Shown here piece after piece: positions 1-13,214 of a stretch of DNA of 64,000 bases. The stretch spans positions 930,001 through 994,000 of the forward strand of contig OZ037769.1 of the NCBI GenBank assembly GCA_964035545.1, written 5' to 3'. Positions within the stretch are counted from its first letter, which is position 1, and every line of letters starts with the position of its first letter. The position numbers were made by a program, and so were the translations under genes. Under the pieces are notes generated by a model. It was not told where the DNA came from. It saw only the letters and a list, made by a program, of their open reading frames with translations, and made no database searches. The stretch is from Bugula neritina. Taxonomy: Eukaryota; Animalia; Bryozoa.

Positions 1-253
1 CCCTCCTATTATGAAACAGTCTACCAGTGAAACTTTTTCAATAAATTATATTCTTTTTATGATCATTTCAGTATAATTTGGGTTACCAGATGATAACAAG
101 CTATATATCTTTTCAAACTCTGCATTATTGTGTTATTTTTACTCTTTGCAAACAGCTGATTTGAAAAGAAAATAACAATGCAGAGTTTGAAAAAATATAC
201 ATTTATCAGATAATTCAAATATACATGCAGAAGATAAAATGTTCAACTTCTAC

Positions 254-801
254 CTGTTGTAAGGAAATTCAAAGAAAATCCAATCATGTTGCTGAGAGTA
301 GAAACTGACAATACAGACTGTTCTTGAGTGAACTTCTGTATTATACCAGGTTCTGTAGTGCCAACACAGTATATTGTACCATTTATCTCTATCTCTGGAC
401 AGGGAGAGCTTCCTGCAGCTGTATCAATATATGGTATACTGATATAACTACCAGCAGGTGCTCTCAGAGTTAGACTACATAAAACAGGTGCTTCCTTTAT
501 CTCTCTATGTTCTATTATCCATGCATATCCTCTATCAACTGTCACTGTATTATTATCACATATATTCACTGGTTTAATATCTTGTCCTTCTATCAATATT
601 ATGATGTAACCACTCAGTAGCAGCAGGAGTTGTCTTCTGACTGACTGAAACAAGAACGTTTAATATTAGTGTATATACACTTCTAAATTTTGTACAGAAA
701 AACTGAATCAAATACTATAATGCATGGTTCCCTTTTGCACTGTTGATCCTGCTAACTGCGAGTAATATCAATATAATGTACATACACTGTGTACTTACCA
801 T
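254..801 (-). CDS. Receptor paralog R5, 5' part only: ATG micro-exon 799-801 and exon 2 at 254-644 (signal peptide plus CUB-like domain 1); continues past the window start
   Basis: ATG|GTAAGT at 801-793, acceptor TTTCAG before 644, giving M-SVRRQLLLLLSGYIIILIEG/QDIKP...; phase-1 donor at 253; homologous to exon 2 of the four complete copies. Confidence 0.85.
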
Positions 802-1983
802 TGTATTGAAGATACTCTGTAAGTAGATAGTTTATGTACAAGCTGTGATGTGTACACCTAGTGTAGTATCTTATACACAGTATAGACTTATATATTCCCA
901 ATAATACTAGTCAGGGAGTAAAGTATAGTCTATTATCACAAGTCAAATACTTCAGTATATATAATTGTGAAATATAGATATACATCTTTGTAGAAAGATA
1001 AATAATGTTATCACAATGAATGCTTTATCTTAAGGAATGTATTCATTTATAATAAATAATATGATATAAACCACTTGACTCGATAATCATTCATTTTACT
1101 TATGCAAATAGTTATCATAAAGTGCATTATCAAAGCCTGATATACTTCACACACAGTGTAGATATACTAGTAATGAATAACTACAATAAATTCTAATTAA
1201 CCACTCTAACAACATATATTGTATATATTACTATTGTTTCATGATTACATCCAGTATTCAGCTAGTCATGTGGACAGGAAGTAAACAAAGTACCCAGAAT
1301 GCACTGCAACAGAGCTACTGAGTAAGAGAAATCTCTGGGAGTTTCTATGTCTTTAAACATAATATGTTGTGTTACTAGAAGTTACTTCAGCTTGTTAACA
1401 ATGGATAATAAACAGCTAGATGTTTATTTAAGTATAACTCATAGTAGAGATGAGAGATTGTGTTGTTCACAAAGTATACAATACATGAATAATTATAATA
1501 AATATATTTATATTGAACAGTTGAATGACCAATACTAAAAATAAAATATATATATCAATGCAGAAACAGCTAGTGTATAAATTTATTGATAGCATTAATC
1601 TAATAATAAATAGTAAATGATATATATATATATATATAGAGCAGTAAGAGTTTCTGTAAAGTATGCTATCTATAATCATGTAACTTAGATATCACCTTAA
1701 ATAAAAAGAAGAAGCAGAAGACCCTTTAATGATTTCCAGCAATTTATAGCTTTAAATTACTTGCAGCTAGAAATAGCTAAGTGAGTGTTTTACAAATTAA
1801 AACAGCAAGTTGTAAAAATTTATTACATGCTGTTGAAAATTATACTCATAGCAATGCTAAGAAAAAAGACATTGCTTGCTAAAAATCAAACAAAACTGTG
1901 TTCAATTATTATAAAAAATTCTTGTTTAAAATTGTTGTGAATAAAACTGTCAACCATTACAAAACCTGAATATATTTTATATG

Positions 1984-4900
1984 CTAAATATTTTCATAAG
2001 CTGATGATTCTACTTGCAGCTTTTCATATGTTGATGCAGGAGCTCCGTTGTCTTGTAACTTTTCATAAAGAGAGCTCTCATTGTTTACAGGGTTGCCATT
2101 GGTTACTGAGGTTGGCGTGTCCATTTCCTCATAGTTATGAGTAGCTGAGTTCACTCTGGGAGAGAGTTGAGTAGACATGGGTTCCTCATACACATCAGGT
2201 ACAGAAGATGGGTGGGTTGTACAGGGCAAACTATCTCTTTTCAAGTAGAGTATTATAATACTGATTGTAATCACAGCTACAGGTACTGCTATGATCAGAG
2301 CAATGAGACCTCCTGGAAACGAAATGTTCGCGTGGTAAATAGAATTGAAATTTTTGAATATATATATTCAATCACTAAACCCGAAACTTAAGTTAATGTT
2401 AAGTCTACATAAACATGTAATTCTGGATAAACACATCACTTGCTATATTCTGCAGACAACCACAGATCTCTAATGAGAGAGTATATATAAAATATTCTGT
2501 AAACAGCCACTGAACTCTAGTGAGAGAGTATGTAATATATTCTGTAAACAGCCACAGAACTCTAATGACAGAGTATGTAATATATTCTGTAGACAGCCAC
2601 TAAACTCTAATGAGAGAGTATATATAATATATTCTGTAGACAGCCACTAAACTCTAATGAGAGAGTATATATAATATATTCTGTAGACAACCACTGAACT
2701 CTAATGAGAGAGTATATAATATATTCTGTAGACAGCCACTAAACTCTAGTGACAGAGTATGTAATATATTCTGTAGACAACCACAGAACTCTAATGACAG
2801 AGTATATAATATATTCTGTAGACAGCCACTGATCTCTAATGACAGAGTATATAATATATATAATATATAGACAGCCACTGAACTCTAGTGAGAGAGTATA
2901 TAATATATAATAGAAGAAGCATAAACTCACCACTTAGTGGCACATTCTCTTCATCTCTGGTAGTAGAATGAGTCATATGCTCAGATACAACACAACCAGG
3001 GTCATGTGACCAGTTACCAGGCTCTGTACAGACAGGATTTGTAGTCTTAGTATAACCATCATCACATGAGTAGAGTAGATTATCTCCTCTGTAATATCTG
3101 TCTAGTGTGATGGTACCATTAGCTAGGGTTAGTGCTGCTGGGTCACACTCAGCTGTTAGGAAATGACAAAGCCTGTTGAGGTAATTTTACATATGAAAAC
3201 GTAACAACTCAGCTGTTATAAAATGATCTATATTATATATATAGAAAACACAACGTAAGCTGAATCAGAATGATGAAAAGACAAATGAGAAATTCAGTTG
3301 AGATAATTTTACATATGAAAACATAATAACAAGCTACATTATAGGAATATTCTATTATATGCTGATAATTGAAAGTCACAAATAATTACCTGTTTGTGTA
3401 CATTCTGGAACACTGGACCAAGTTTTATCACGTTGACACTGAATCGCATCCATGTTTGTTTTCTTGTAACCATAGTAACAGTCATATGATAGAACTTCTT
3501 GGTAGACATATGTGAGAGTTGCCTCTCCTTTAGATGTGATATTGGTAGTGGAAACATTGATGGAGAGATCAGTGATGTCACACTCAACTGAAGTTATTAT
3601 TAAAAAGCAAACTTGCAGATGGCAATGAAATAATGTGCAAAAGTAATTTAAGTTGTCATCATTAGAATTAAGTATATTAAATTTAAAGTATGTAGTTTTG
3701 GCTATAAAGATAGTATGCAATATAATTATATACAATGTCTACACTTTACAGTATATTGTAACTATATACATATACCTGGTGTACATGTTAGAGATATACT
3801 ACTCCATATCCATGATATATTATTATTATATACATATACCTGGTATACATGTTAGAGATATATTACTCCATATCCATGGTATATTATCTGTATCAGTAGA
3901 ACTACATCTAGATACAACTTCTTCTATTCCATTTCTACTCTCATATCCTTTTATACACTCATATACTGTTGTATGAGTATCAGTCTTAGTTTTATTAGTA
4001 AACTCAACATCTCTTGGCTCTTCTGTACAGTAGGGGACTGGAAAAAACATTTAGAGGTATTATATTAAGTTAATAAAGACATTTTATATATAATATTTTT
4101 ATTACACTGCTTTATAATATTGTGAATACATTATACCTGGAATACATCTTATCTCTGATTGGTTGACCCACTTAGCCTCTGTACCATCTACTTTACATTC
4201 AGAAGTTGAATTATACTTCAACTGATGGTCAGTATCTTCACAAGAGTAGTTTATTATTGTACCAGGAAACCAGGGAGATTCAGTAGATGGAGTACTTGTC
4301 ACATCATCTATTTCAGGTTTATCTCCACATGTCAGTACTGTAAAAGTAAAGAGAAAGGTAGCTGGCATATGGCAGACACAGGGAGAAAGTCTAATACATT
4401 TCTGAAAATACTTTTAATTGTAGTTCTCATAATCTAATTGTGACAGTGAATGCATTATAATGTAATTATGTATTGATGCTTATAAACTGATTTATGTGTT
4501 TATATGTTTTTTAAAAAGAAAATTTCCTATTGGTTTGATCAGTCTAATGGTTATATTTATTGCTCTAATTCTGTGCACTGCTCACTCACCTGTAAACTGA
4601 ATCATAAAGAATACAGACTCTACATCTCCATTGACAGAATCTCCCTCATTTTCATATCTCACAGAGAGTTGGTTGTTTGTAGAGGTTATGTTATGTAGAT
4701 ATCCATCTGGGAAGTTAGCAAACTCCTGATTATCAATAAACCAGGAAGTTCTGGATGATTCTGTAAGCTCAGTAATATCAAAGCTAACATAGTGAGTTTC
4801 ACTTGGTAGGTTTGATATTGTAAACTCACAGGATGATAATGACTGTTTATTAGTTGTATAAGAGCTGGTGAATATTCCAGTCAACTGTTCAACTTGAGGT

Positions 4901-5714
4901 CTGTCTGGTATCTGAAGATTTTCACCACAGAATGTCACTGTAAAAGACATAGCAAAACTTTACTTCAATGTGTAACATATTTTAAAGATATTTGCTCTAC
5001 AGTGTTGAGTGAACCTTATTAAATGGGTTGCTTCTCAATAAACACTGTATAACTGATTACTAACAACACAATAACATATCACAACTACTCATTCATACAG
5101 GCAAGTTAATCATTCAAACTATTTGTTAGCTGCAATATAGATATTAGTTTTCTGAACTTTGAAAAGATTTACAAGTTTTTTACATTAGAATTACTTATAT
5201 AGATTCAAAGTGCATCCCTTTACCTGTTGTAAAGAATTCCAAGTTGAATCCTGTCGTGTTGCTGAGAGTAGAAACTAATAATACAGACTGTTCTTGAGTG
5301 AACTTCTGTATTATACCAGGTCTTGTAGAGTCAATACAGTATGTTGTACCATCTACCTGTATCTCTGGACAGATAGCACCTTCTTCAGAAGCTGCCTTAA
5401 CTCCTGGTATACTGAGATAACTACCAGCAGGTGCTCTCAGAGTTAGACTACATCTAACAGGTGCTCCCTCTATCTCTCTATGTTCTATTATCCCTGCATA
5501 TCCTCTATCAACTGTCACTGTATTATTATCACATATATTCACTGGTTTAATATCTTGTCCTTCTATTAACATGACTGTGTAGATACTCAGCAGTATGAGT
5601 TGCAGAGGGAAGAACTAAAATATAATTAAATTAAATAATGAAAACTGTAGATTGTAAGATTATGTAATAGATATTATCTCATGCATGTGTTTGTATAAAT
5701 ATTCTACTCACCAT
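1984..5714 (-). CDS. Receptor paralog R4: SP-CUB-like x2-sushi x4-TM-Tyr-motif tail (type A tail), 629 aa
   Basis: Exons 5712-5714, 5224-5614, 4590-4937, 4137-4337, 3840-4037, 3390-3587, 2931-3152, 1984-2312, all GT-AG, total 1890 nt in frame; sushi C..C..GY..C..W..C patterns; TM GLIALIIAVPVAVITISIIILYL-KR; tail YEEP, YEEM, YEKL, YEKL, YENI. Confidence 0.88.
2440..2905. repeat. ~42-44 bp minisatellite in the last intron of R4
   Basis: About 10-11 copies of CTCTAATGAGAGAGTATATAATATATTCTGTAGACAGCCACTGAA; only ~2 copies in the paralogous R2 intron (13610-13690). Confidence 0.9.
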
Positions 5715-7202
5715 TTTTTGGACTGATTTAACCTCAGTTTCAATTCAAATATGGTTTCTAAGAAGTTACATTTACTATACATGTATCTGTATTGTACAAG
5801 ACATGCACTGTGTGCTGCAGTTAGTCTGTAACTACACTTATCAACTCAGCTAATGAATAAAAAGAGTTTATATTTTAACTTCCTCCTAGTACGTATTGTA
5901 TTATTCACTCAGCACTCTATGAGCACATTGAATATGATCATTAGATAAGCAAACATGTATATCTATAGATAGTAACCAACTTCCCTATTATGTACACTAT
6001 GTTGAGTATTCTATACTATATAATGCACTAGTTATATGAGGTTATTTATTTTTCTTAGTTATTTGAACAAAGAATTATTACCATGTATTGCTGTACAATC
6101 ACATTGAAAACTGATTACCACATCTAGTATTTAACTTTATACTCACAATCTTGCTCACTGTTAGCAGTTCAGTTTCCTGTAAGAAAACTCTTATCAATTT
6201 TGTTTTTCTTGTTGGGTGCAAATACAAATTCCAAAATCACAGAAGAAATATTTTGCTTTCAAAACCAAAATATGCTTCAATATTACATCAGCATACATCT
6301 AATGGTAATTCATAAGTATTTGGAGAATAAAATAGTTGAAAAAACTGAACGATACACACACTGTTGTCAGTTATTGTACAGCTAATCGTATATGATGCCA
6401 GTTCATTTACTGCAAAAAATTATGGCAATGCTTATAATACAGGGGTTGAGATGCGTAGCTATGGAGTTAATGTAAGAGATTAATATTCTGTGATAGATTG
6501 TAGTTATTGTAATATATAATCATGAGTTGTATTATAGCATTGTAGCTATACAAGCTTTTAGAGAAAAAGCTATGAAAAGCTTTCAGCTAAATAACTATAA
6601 TGCTTGATGTATATAATGTTTCCACTCTCTCTGACATACTATCCAACTAATTAACATACACACATTATACATACATATATTTATCATAGTTCCGCAGCTA
6701 CTATTGCAGGGTATCAATTGATATAGAAATTGTTTTTATAAATTTGGAAAGATTAAATATGATGGTTTAAACAGACTTTATAACTAGGTATATAATGCAC
6801 AATTACTGCAGTATAAAAGAAAAGAATAATTTTTAAAAACTGTCACAGTGCAAAATACAACATAATAATAAATTTGTTATTAAATTTCAGAGTATGTGTG
6901 CAAAAAAAATAAAACAGTGGTCAGTAAATGGTTTGTTCTGGCAAGTGATAAAATTCTAATATTCAGTAATGTGAGTTTTAGTAGTGCAAAAGATAAATAA
7001 TTCAAACTGAAATATAACTTTACAAAACTGAGTTGTGAAGACCAATTCACATGGTATCAGCAATAATTGGTAAAAGTATTAGACACTCAATACAAACATG
7101 TGAAAGTTTTCAGTTACAAAAGACGGTAGAATCAGAAATCAAGTTTGCGTGAGCAAGCAATTACCGTATAATACTGTGTTTACTGTAATATATATAGTAT
7201 AG

Positions 7203-10200
7203 TCAAATGACTGGTGATGTCATTTCCTGTCTGTTCTCATAAAGAGGAAGTGTTGTGTTCAGTTGAAGTTGTTCATATGCTGATGATGGAGAGGTGGTGA
7301 GCTGCTCGTAAGTGTTGGTGGGAGGATTTGCTGAGTTTGAGGGTTGAGTAGACATAGGTTCTTCATATACTTCATGTTTATCAGATAGGGTGTTTCTACA
7401 GGGCAGACTACTTCTTTTCAAATAGAGAATAATACTTCCCAGTGTGATCACTGCTAGTACCAGAACTACCACCACTCCAATCAAACCATCTAAATAAAAT
7501 CCATATAATTCATAAAATCAAAAACAAAACAAAGAAATTTTTTATCTAGGCTTCCCTAGGTAAGTAGAGTGGGAAACCCTGTTAAAGCTCTAACGCATGA
7601 GACAATAAAGAATATTCCGCAAAAAGTTTCAACCACCAAGTGACTAAAATCGATTAACTCTGATTATCTAAATTCTGATGAAACCCTCCACCATTATTGT
7701 AAATAGGTAAGGCTTTTTTGGCTGCAGTTTGATATTCTTGATTTGCTCCAATCATCTGTCAGTTTGATCTCCAGACTCAGTTTAACTGAGTTAGTAGGTG
7801 ACACTTCCTAACCAGTTGTTTAAATTATTGAGTACTTTTTTTGCATATATATAACTGAATAATGCAGGTCTAATGACAGTTTAATAGTATTACTTACCCC
7901 TTTGAGATTTAGGGTATAGTTGACTGTTTCCTGTGACATCAGTAGATTCACCATTTTTCACCAACAAGCAACAAGGGTCATGTGACCAGTTACCAGACTT
8001 TGTACAGACAGTATCTGTAGTCTTAGTATAACCATCATTACATGAGTAAAGTAGATTATCTCCTCTGTAATATCTGCCTGTCTGTATGTCTCCATTAGTT
8101 AGAGTTACTAATAAAGGGCTACACTCAGCTGTAAGAATAACCACATACATTGTATACTCCTCAAAGCTGTGTTACCATACAACTACAGTTTGATGAATTT
8201 ATATTATAGAAATTAGTCTAAATAATCTTACCAGTCTCAGTACATTCTGGAACACTGGACCAACTACCATCATGCTGACATTGGATAACACTCGGATTTG
8301 TTTTCTTGTAACCATAGTAACAATAATACTGTAGAACTTCTTGGTAGAAATATATGTGAATTGTTCCCCCTTTAGATGTTACATAAGTAGTAGTTGTGTC
8401 GAGAAACCAATCACCAATGTCACATTTCACTGAATAAAAAACACAAAAGATTTCTTGCATTAAGCATTGAAACATTATTCTATATTCATGCATGGTATAT
8501 TATTAATTACGCTATAATATATAATATTACTATATACATATATAAATATATACCTGGTGTACATGTTAGAGATATATTACTCCATATCCATGGTATATTA
8601 TCTGTATCAGTAGAACTACATCTAGATGCAACTTCTTCTATTCCATATCTACTCTCATATCCTTTTATACACTCATATACTGTTGTATGAGTATCAGTCT
8701 TAGTTTTATTAGTAAACTCAACATTTCTTGGTTCTGCTGTGCAGTAGGGGACTAGAAAATACAATTATAAGTATTATATTCATATATTATTAGAGAAAGT
8801 CTATATATAATCCTCATTATACAGGTTTATGATGTTATGAAGACGTACCTGGAATACATCTGATCTCTGATTGGTTGACCCACTTAGCCTCTGTACCATC
8901 TACTTTACATTCAGAAGTTGAGTTATACTTCAACTGATAGTCAGTATCTTCACAAGAATAGTTTATTATTGTACCAGGAAACCAGGGAGATTCAATAGAT
9001 GGAGTACTTGTCACATGATCTATTTCAGGTTTATCTCCGCATGCTAGAACTGCCAAAGAAAACAAAAGTAAGCTCATATGTGGTAGAAACAGGGAGAAAG
9101 TCTAAGATATTTCTGAAAATAGTTTTAATTGTAGTTTCACAATCTAATTTTAGCAGTGAATGCATTATAATATAATATAATAATTATGTTATAAACTCTT
9201 ATATGTATAAATTTCTCACTCACCTGTAAACGTAATCATAAAGAATACTGAGTCTACATCTCCAAATAGAGGATCTGGTTCTTGTTCATATCTCACAGAG
9301 AGTTGGTTGTTTGTAGAGGTTATGTCATGTAGATATCCACCAGAGAAGTTAGCAAACTCCTGATTATCAATAAACCAAGAGATTCTGGATGATTCTGTAA
9401 ACTCTGTAATCATATCAAATCTAACATAGTGAGCTTCACTTGATAGGTTTGATATTGTAAACTCACAGAATGATAATGACTGTTTATTAGTTGTATAAGA
9501 GCTGGTGAATATTCCAGTCAACTGTTCAACTTGAGGTCTGTCTGGTATCTGAATATCTTCACCACAGGATGTTACTGTAAAACCACAGCAAATGGCATAT
9601 AATATTTTACACAATACAAATAATTGTTATATTTTTGTAGATCTCTTTTCACAGCAATATTTTAGTAGAAAGTGAATTAAGAAAAATCCAGTCTCACAAC
9701 TCAGCTGATCATAGTAAACTTAAGATGACATGTCGTAAACACTTACTAAAGTTTAGTGGGGTAACCTTATTTATAAACTAATATACATGGAACCTGCTAA
9801 CAACATATATCTTAACTACTTGTTTGCACAGGCAAGCTGCAAAATGCTATCTCAAGATTATCACTAACCTCAATGCAATTGGAATACTATACTCTAGCTA
9901 TTGGTGTTTGAAATTTCTCTAAGATGAAGAGATACATTCACATATACAGGATATATTATGAATTCAGTAATTTTTACGTGGTAGTTTACCTGTTGTATAC
10001 AAGAGTATTATAGATATTTACCTGTTGTAAAGAACTCTAAATTAAATCCTGCCATGTTGCTGAGAGTAGAAGCTGAAAATACAGACTGTTCTTGAGTGAA
10101 CTTCTGTATTATACCAGGTTCTGTAAAATCAATACAGTATGTTGTACCATCTATCTGTATCTCTGGACAGATAGCACCTTCTTCAGCTGCCTTAACTCCT

Positions 10201-10561
10201 GGTACACTGATATAACTACCAGCAGGTGCTCTCAGAGTTAGACTACATGTAACAGGTGCTCCCTTTATCTCTCTATGTTCTATTATCCCTGCATATCCTC
10301 TATCAACTGTCACTGTATTATTATCACATATATTCACTGGTTTAATATCTTGTCCTTTTATCAATATGATAATATAACCACTCAGTAGCAGTAGGAGTTG
10401 TCTTCTGACTGACTGAAACAAAAACAGCTAATATTAGTATATATATACTCCTAAATTTTGTACAGTAAAGCTCAACCAAACTCTATGCATGGTCCCCTTT
10501 ATGCACTGCTGATCCTGCCAACTAATATTATTATAATATACATACACTGTGTACTTACCAT
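7203..10561 (-). CDS. Receptor paralog R3 (type B tail), 619 aa
   Basis: Exons 10559-10561, 10022-10412, 9224-9574, 8849-9049, 8554-8751, 8232-8429, 7898-8128, 7203-7489 (1860 nt); TM GLIGVVVVLVLAVITLGSIILYL-KR; tail YEEP, YEQL-x7-YEQL, YENR. Confidence 0.88.
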
Positions 10562-10999
10562 TGTATTGAAGGTACTCTGTAAGTAGATAGTTTATGTACA
10601 TCTATAAGTGTTGTATCTTATACACAGTATAGACTTATATATTCCCAATAATACTAGTCAGGGAGAAAAGTATAGTCTATTATCACAAGTCAAATACTTC
10701 AGTATATATACTTGTGATTTATATTTATACTTCCTTGTAGAAAGATAAATAATGTTATCACAATGAATGCTTTATCACAATGAATGTATTCATTTAAAAT
10801 ATTATAATATAAACCATTTGACTCTAATCATTCATTCTACTTATGCAAGTAGTTATCATAAAATGCATTATTAAAGCCTTATATACTTCACACATATAGG
10901 TATACTAGTAATGAATAACTACAATAAATTCTAATTAACTTTTTTAACAACACATATAATATATATTACTACTGTTTTATGATTACATACAGTATTCAG

Positions 11000-12500
11000 A
11001 GGAAGTAAAGAAGCAACTAGAGAAAATGAAGAATGGTAAGGCGGCTGGACCCGATGAACTCCCGATGGAGATAGTGAAGAAGCTTGGAGACCTTGGCCTT
11101 GACTGGATTACAGCGGTACTAAGGGAGGTGCAGGATGCAGGTGAACCAGAAGAATGGAGGAGAAGCAAAATAACACCAATTTACAAACAGAAAGGGGACC
11201 CCTTGGACTGCGGTAATTACAGAGGGATCAAACTGTTGAGCCACTGTCTCAAGCTATGGGAGAGGGTAGTGGAGAATAGGATTAGAGGCTTGGTAAAAAT
11301 ATCGGACAGGCAATATGGATTCCAACCCGGAAAGTCAACAGTACAACCAATGTTCTGCCTCGGGATGTTACAGGAGAAGATGAGAGAATATCAAACAGAC
11401 CTCCACATGGTATTCGTTGATCTTGAAAAAGCGTACGACACAGTGCCACGAGACCTCATATGGTACTGTTTAAAAAAAAAAGTGTACCAGAGCAGTATGT
11501 AAGGATTATCCGGGATATGTACAAGAACTGCACTACATCAGTTACAACCAGCGAAGGAGCAACAGAAGAGATAGACATCGAAGTGGGGTTGCACCAGGGA
11601 TCTGCGTTGATTCCTTTCCTGTTCATAGTCATATTGGATGTAATCTCAGAAAAAATAGACGAGAAAACACCGTGGGCAATGCTCTTTGCAGATGACCTAG
11701 TTATCTGCGATAAAGAGGAAGAAAGGGTAGAAAAGAGATTAGAGGCATGGCGTGGACATCTAGAGGACGCAGGTCTCAAGGTGAGCCGGAAGAAAACAGC
11801 GCATCTTCCACCAAGGGAAAGCACCACCAGGATCAGAATGAAAAGATACGACCAGGAGGACTACACTGAGCTACCAACAACAAATAAGTTCAAGTATCTG
11901 GGGACAGTGATAGATCAGGATGGAGGCTGTGAGGCTGAAGTCACAAGAAGAATAAGTGCAGCGTGGGATAGATGGAGGGACCTATCAGGAGTTATGTGTG
12001 ACAAAAAAGTGCCTAAACAACTAAAGGTAGTACTCTACAAAACAATCATAAAACCAACACTGATATATGGCAATGAAACATGGCCCATCACCCAGAGGCA
12101 AGAGCAAAGGATAGAGGCAACCGAAATGCGAATGCTCAGACACATATATAGAATAAACTGGGAGGATCATGTTAGGAATGAAGACATAAGAAGCGAAGCT
12201 AAGGTTAAACCTGTGTCTAGGTATATGAGGAAGAGAAGACTTCAGTGGTATGGTCATGTGCAGAGGAGAGATAGTGAAGAGGATATTAAATATGTGGCTG
12301 AGTTGAAAATAGTGGGGAAGAGAAAGAGAGGACGACCCAAACAAAGATGGATGGACACGGTAGGAGATGACATGAAGCGATGGGATCTTAAACCGGAGGA
12401 GGCAGAAGACCGGGAAAGATGGCAGACGCTGATAGAGATTGGAAACCTGCAGACCGGTCACCCGTACAGGACTACGACCGTATAGGTGTGAAAGGTGTGA
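11000..12500 (+). mobile_element. 5'-truncated RTE-clade LINE (reverse transcriptase, one frameshift)
   Basis: ORFs 11026-11502 and 11460-12485 with GNYRGIKLL, QYGF, FVDLEKAYD, GLHQG, LFADD, FKYLG, RRLQWYGHV and RGRP; frameshift in the A-run at ~11472-11481; ATTCAG target duplication at 10994-10999 and 12501-12506; GGTGTGA(AA) repeat tail; empty site visible at ~1255-1275. Confidence 0.95.
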
Positions 12501-13214
12501 ATTCAGTTAGTAATTTGGACAGGAAGTAAACAAGGTACCCAGAATGCACTGCAACAGAACAACTGAGTAAGAGAAATCTCCGAGAGTTTCTAATATATTT
12601 AAACATACTATGTTGTGTTACTAGAAGTTACTTCAGCTTGTTAACAATGGATAATAAACAGCTAGATGTTTGTTTAAGTATAACTCATAGTATAGATGAG
12701 AGAGTATTATATTGTTTACAAAGTATATATTACATGAATAAGGGTAATAAATATAATATGTCTATATTAAACAGTTAGATGACCAATAATATAAATAGAA
12801 TATATATCAATGCAGGAACACTTAGTGTATAAATTTACTAATAACATTATAATATAATGGTAAATGATATATAGAGCAGTAAGAGTTTCTGTAAAGTATG
12901 CTATCTATCATGTAACTTAGACATCACCCTAAATGAAGAAGCAGAAGACCCTTTAATGATTTCCAGTAATTTATAGCTTTAAGTTACTTGCAGCTGTGAC
13001 CTAGAAATAGCTCAGGGAATGCTTTACAAATCAAAACAGCAAGTTGTAAAAATTTATTGCAGTTATAGAATTATACTCATAGAAATGCTAAGAGAAAAAA
13101 TATTGTTTGCTAAAGAGTAAACAAAATTGTGTTCAATTATAATTAAATATTTTTGTTTAAAATTGCTGTGAATAAAGATGTCAGGCACTATCTTGTCTGC
13201 ATGTATTTTACATG

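Noticed and set aside
11456-12461. Minus-strand ORFs of 123 and 146 aa
   Set aside because: Antisense shadows of the RTE RT frame
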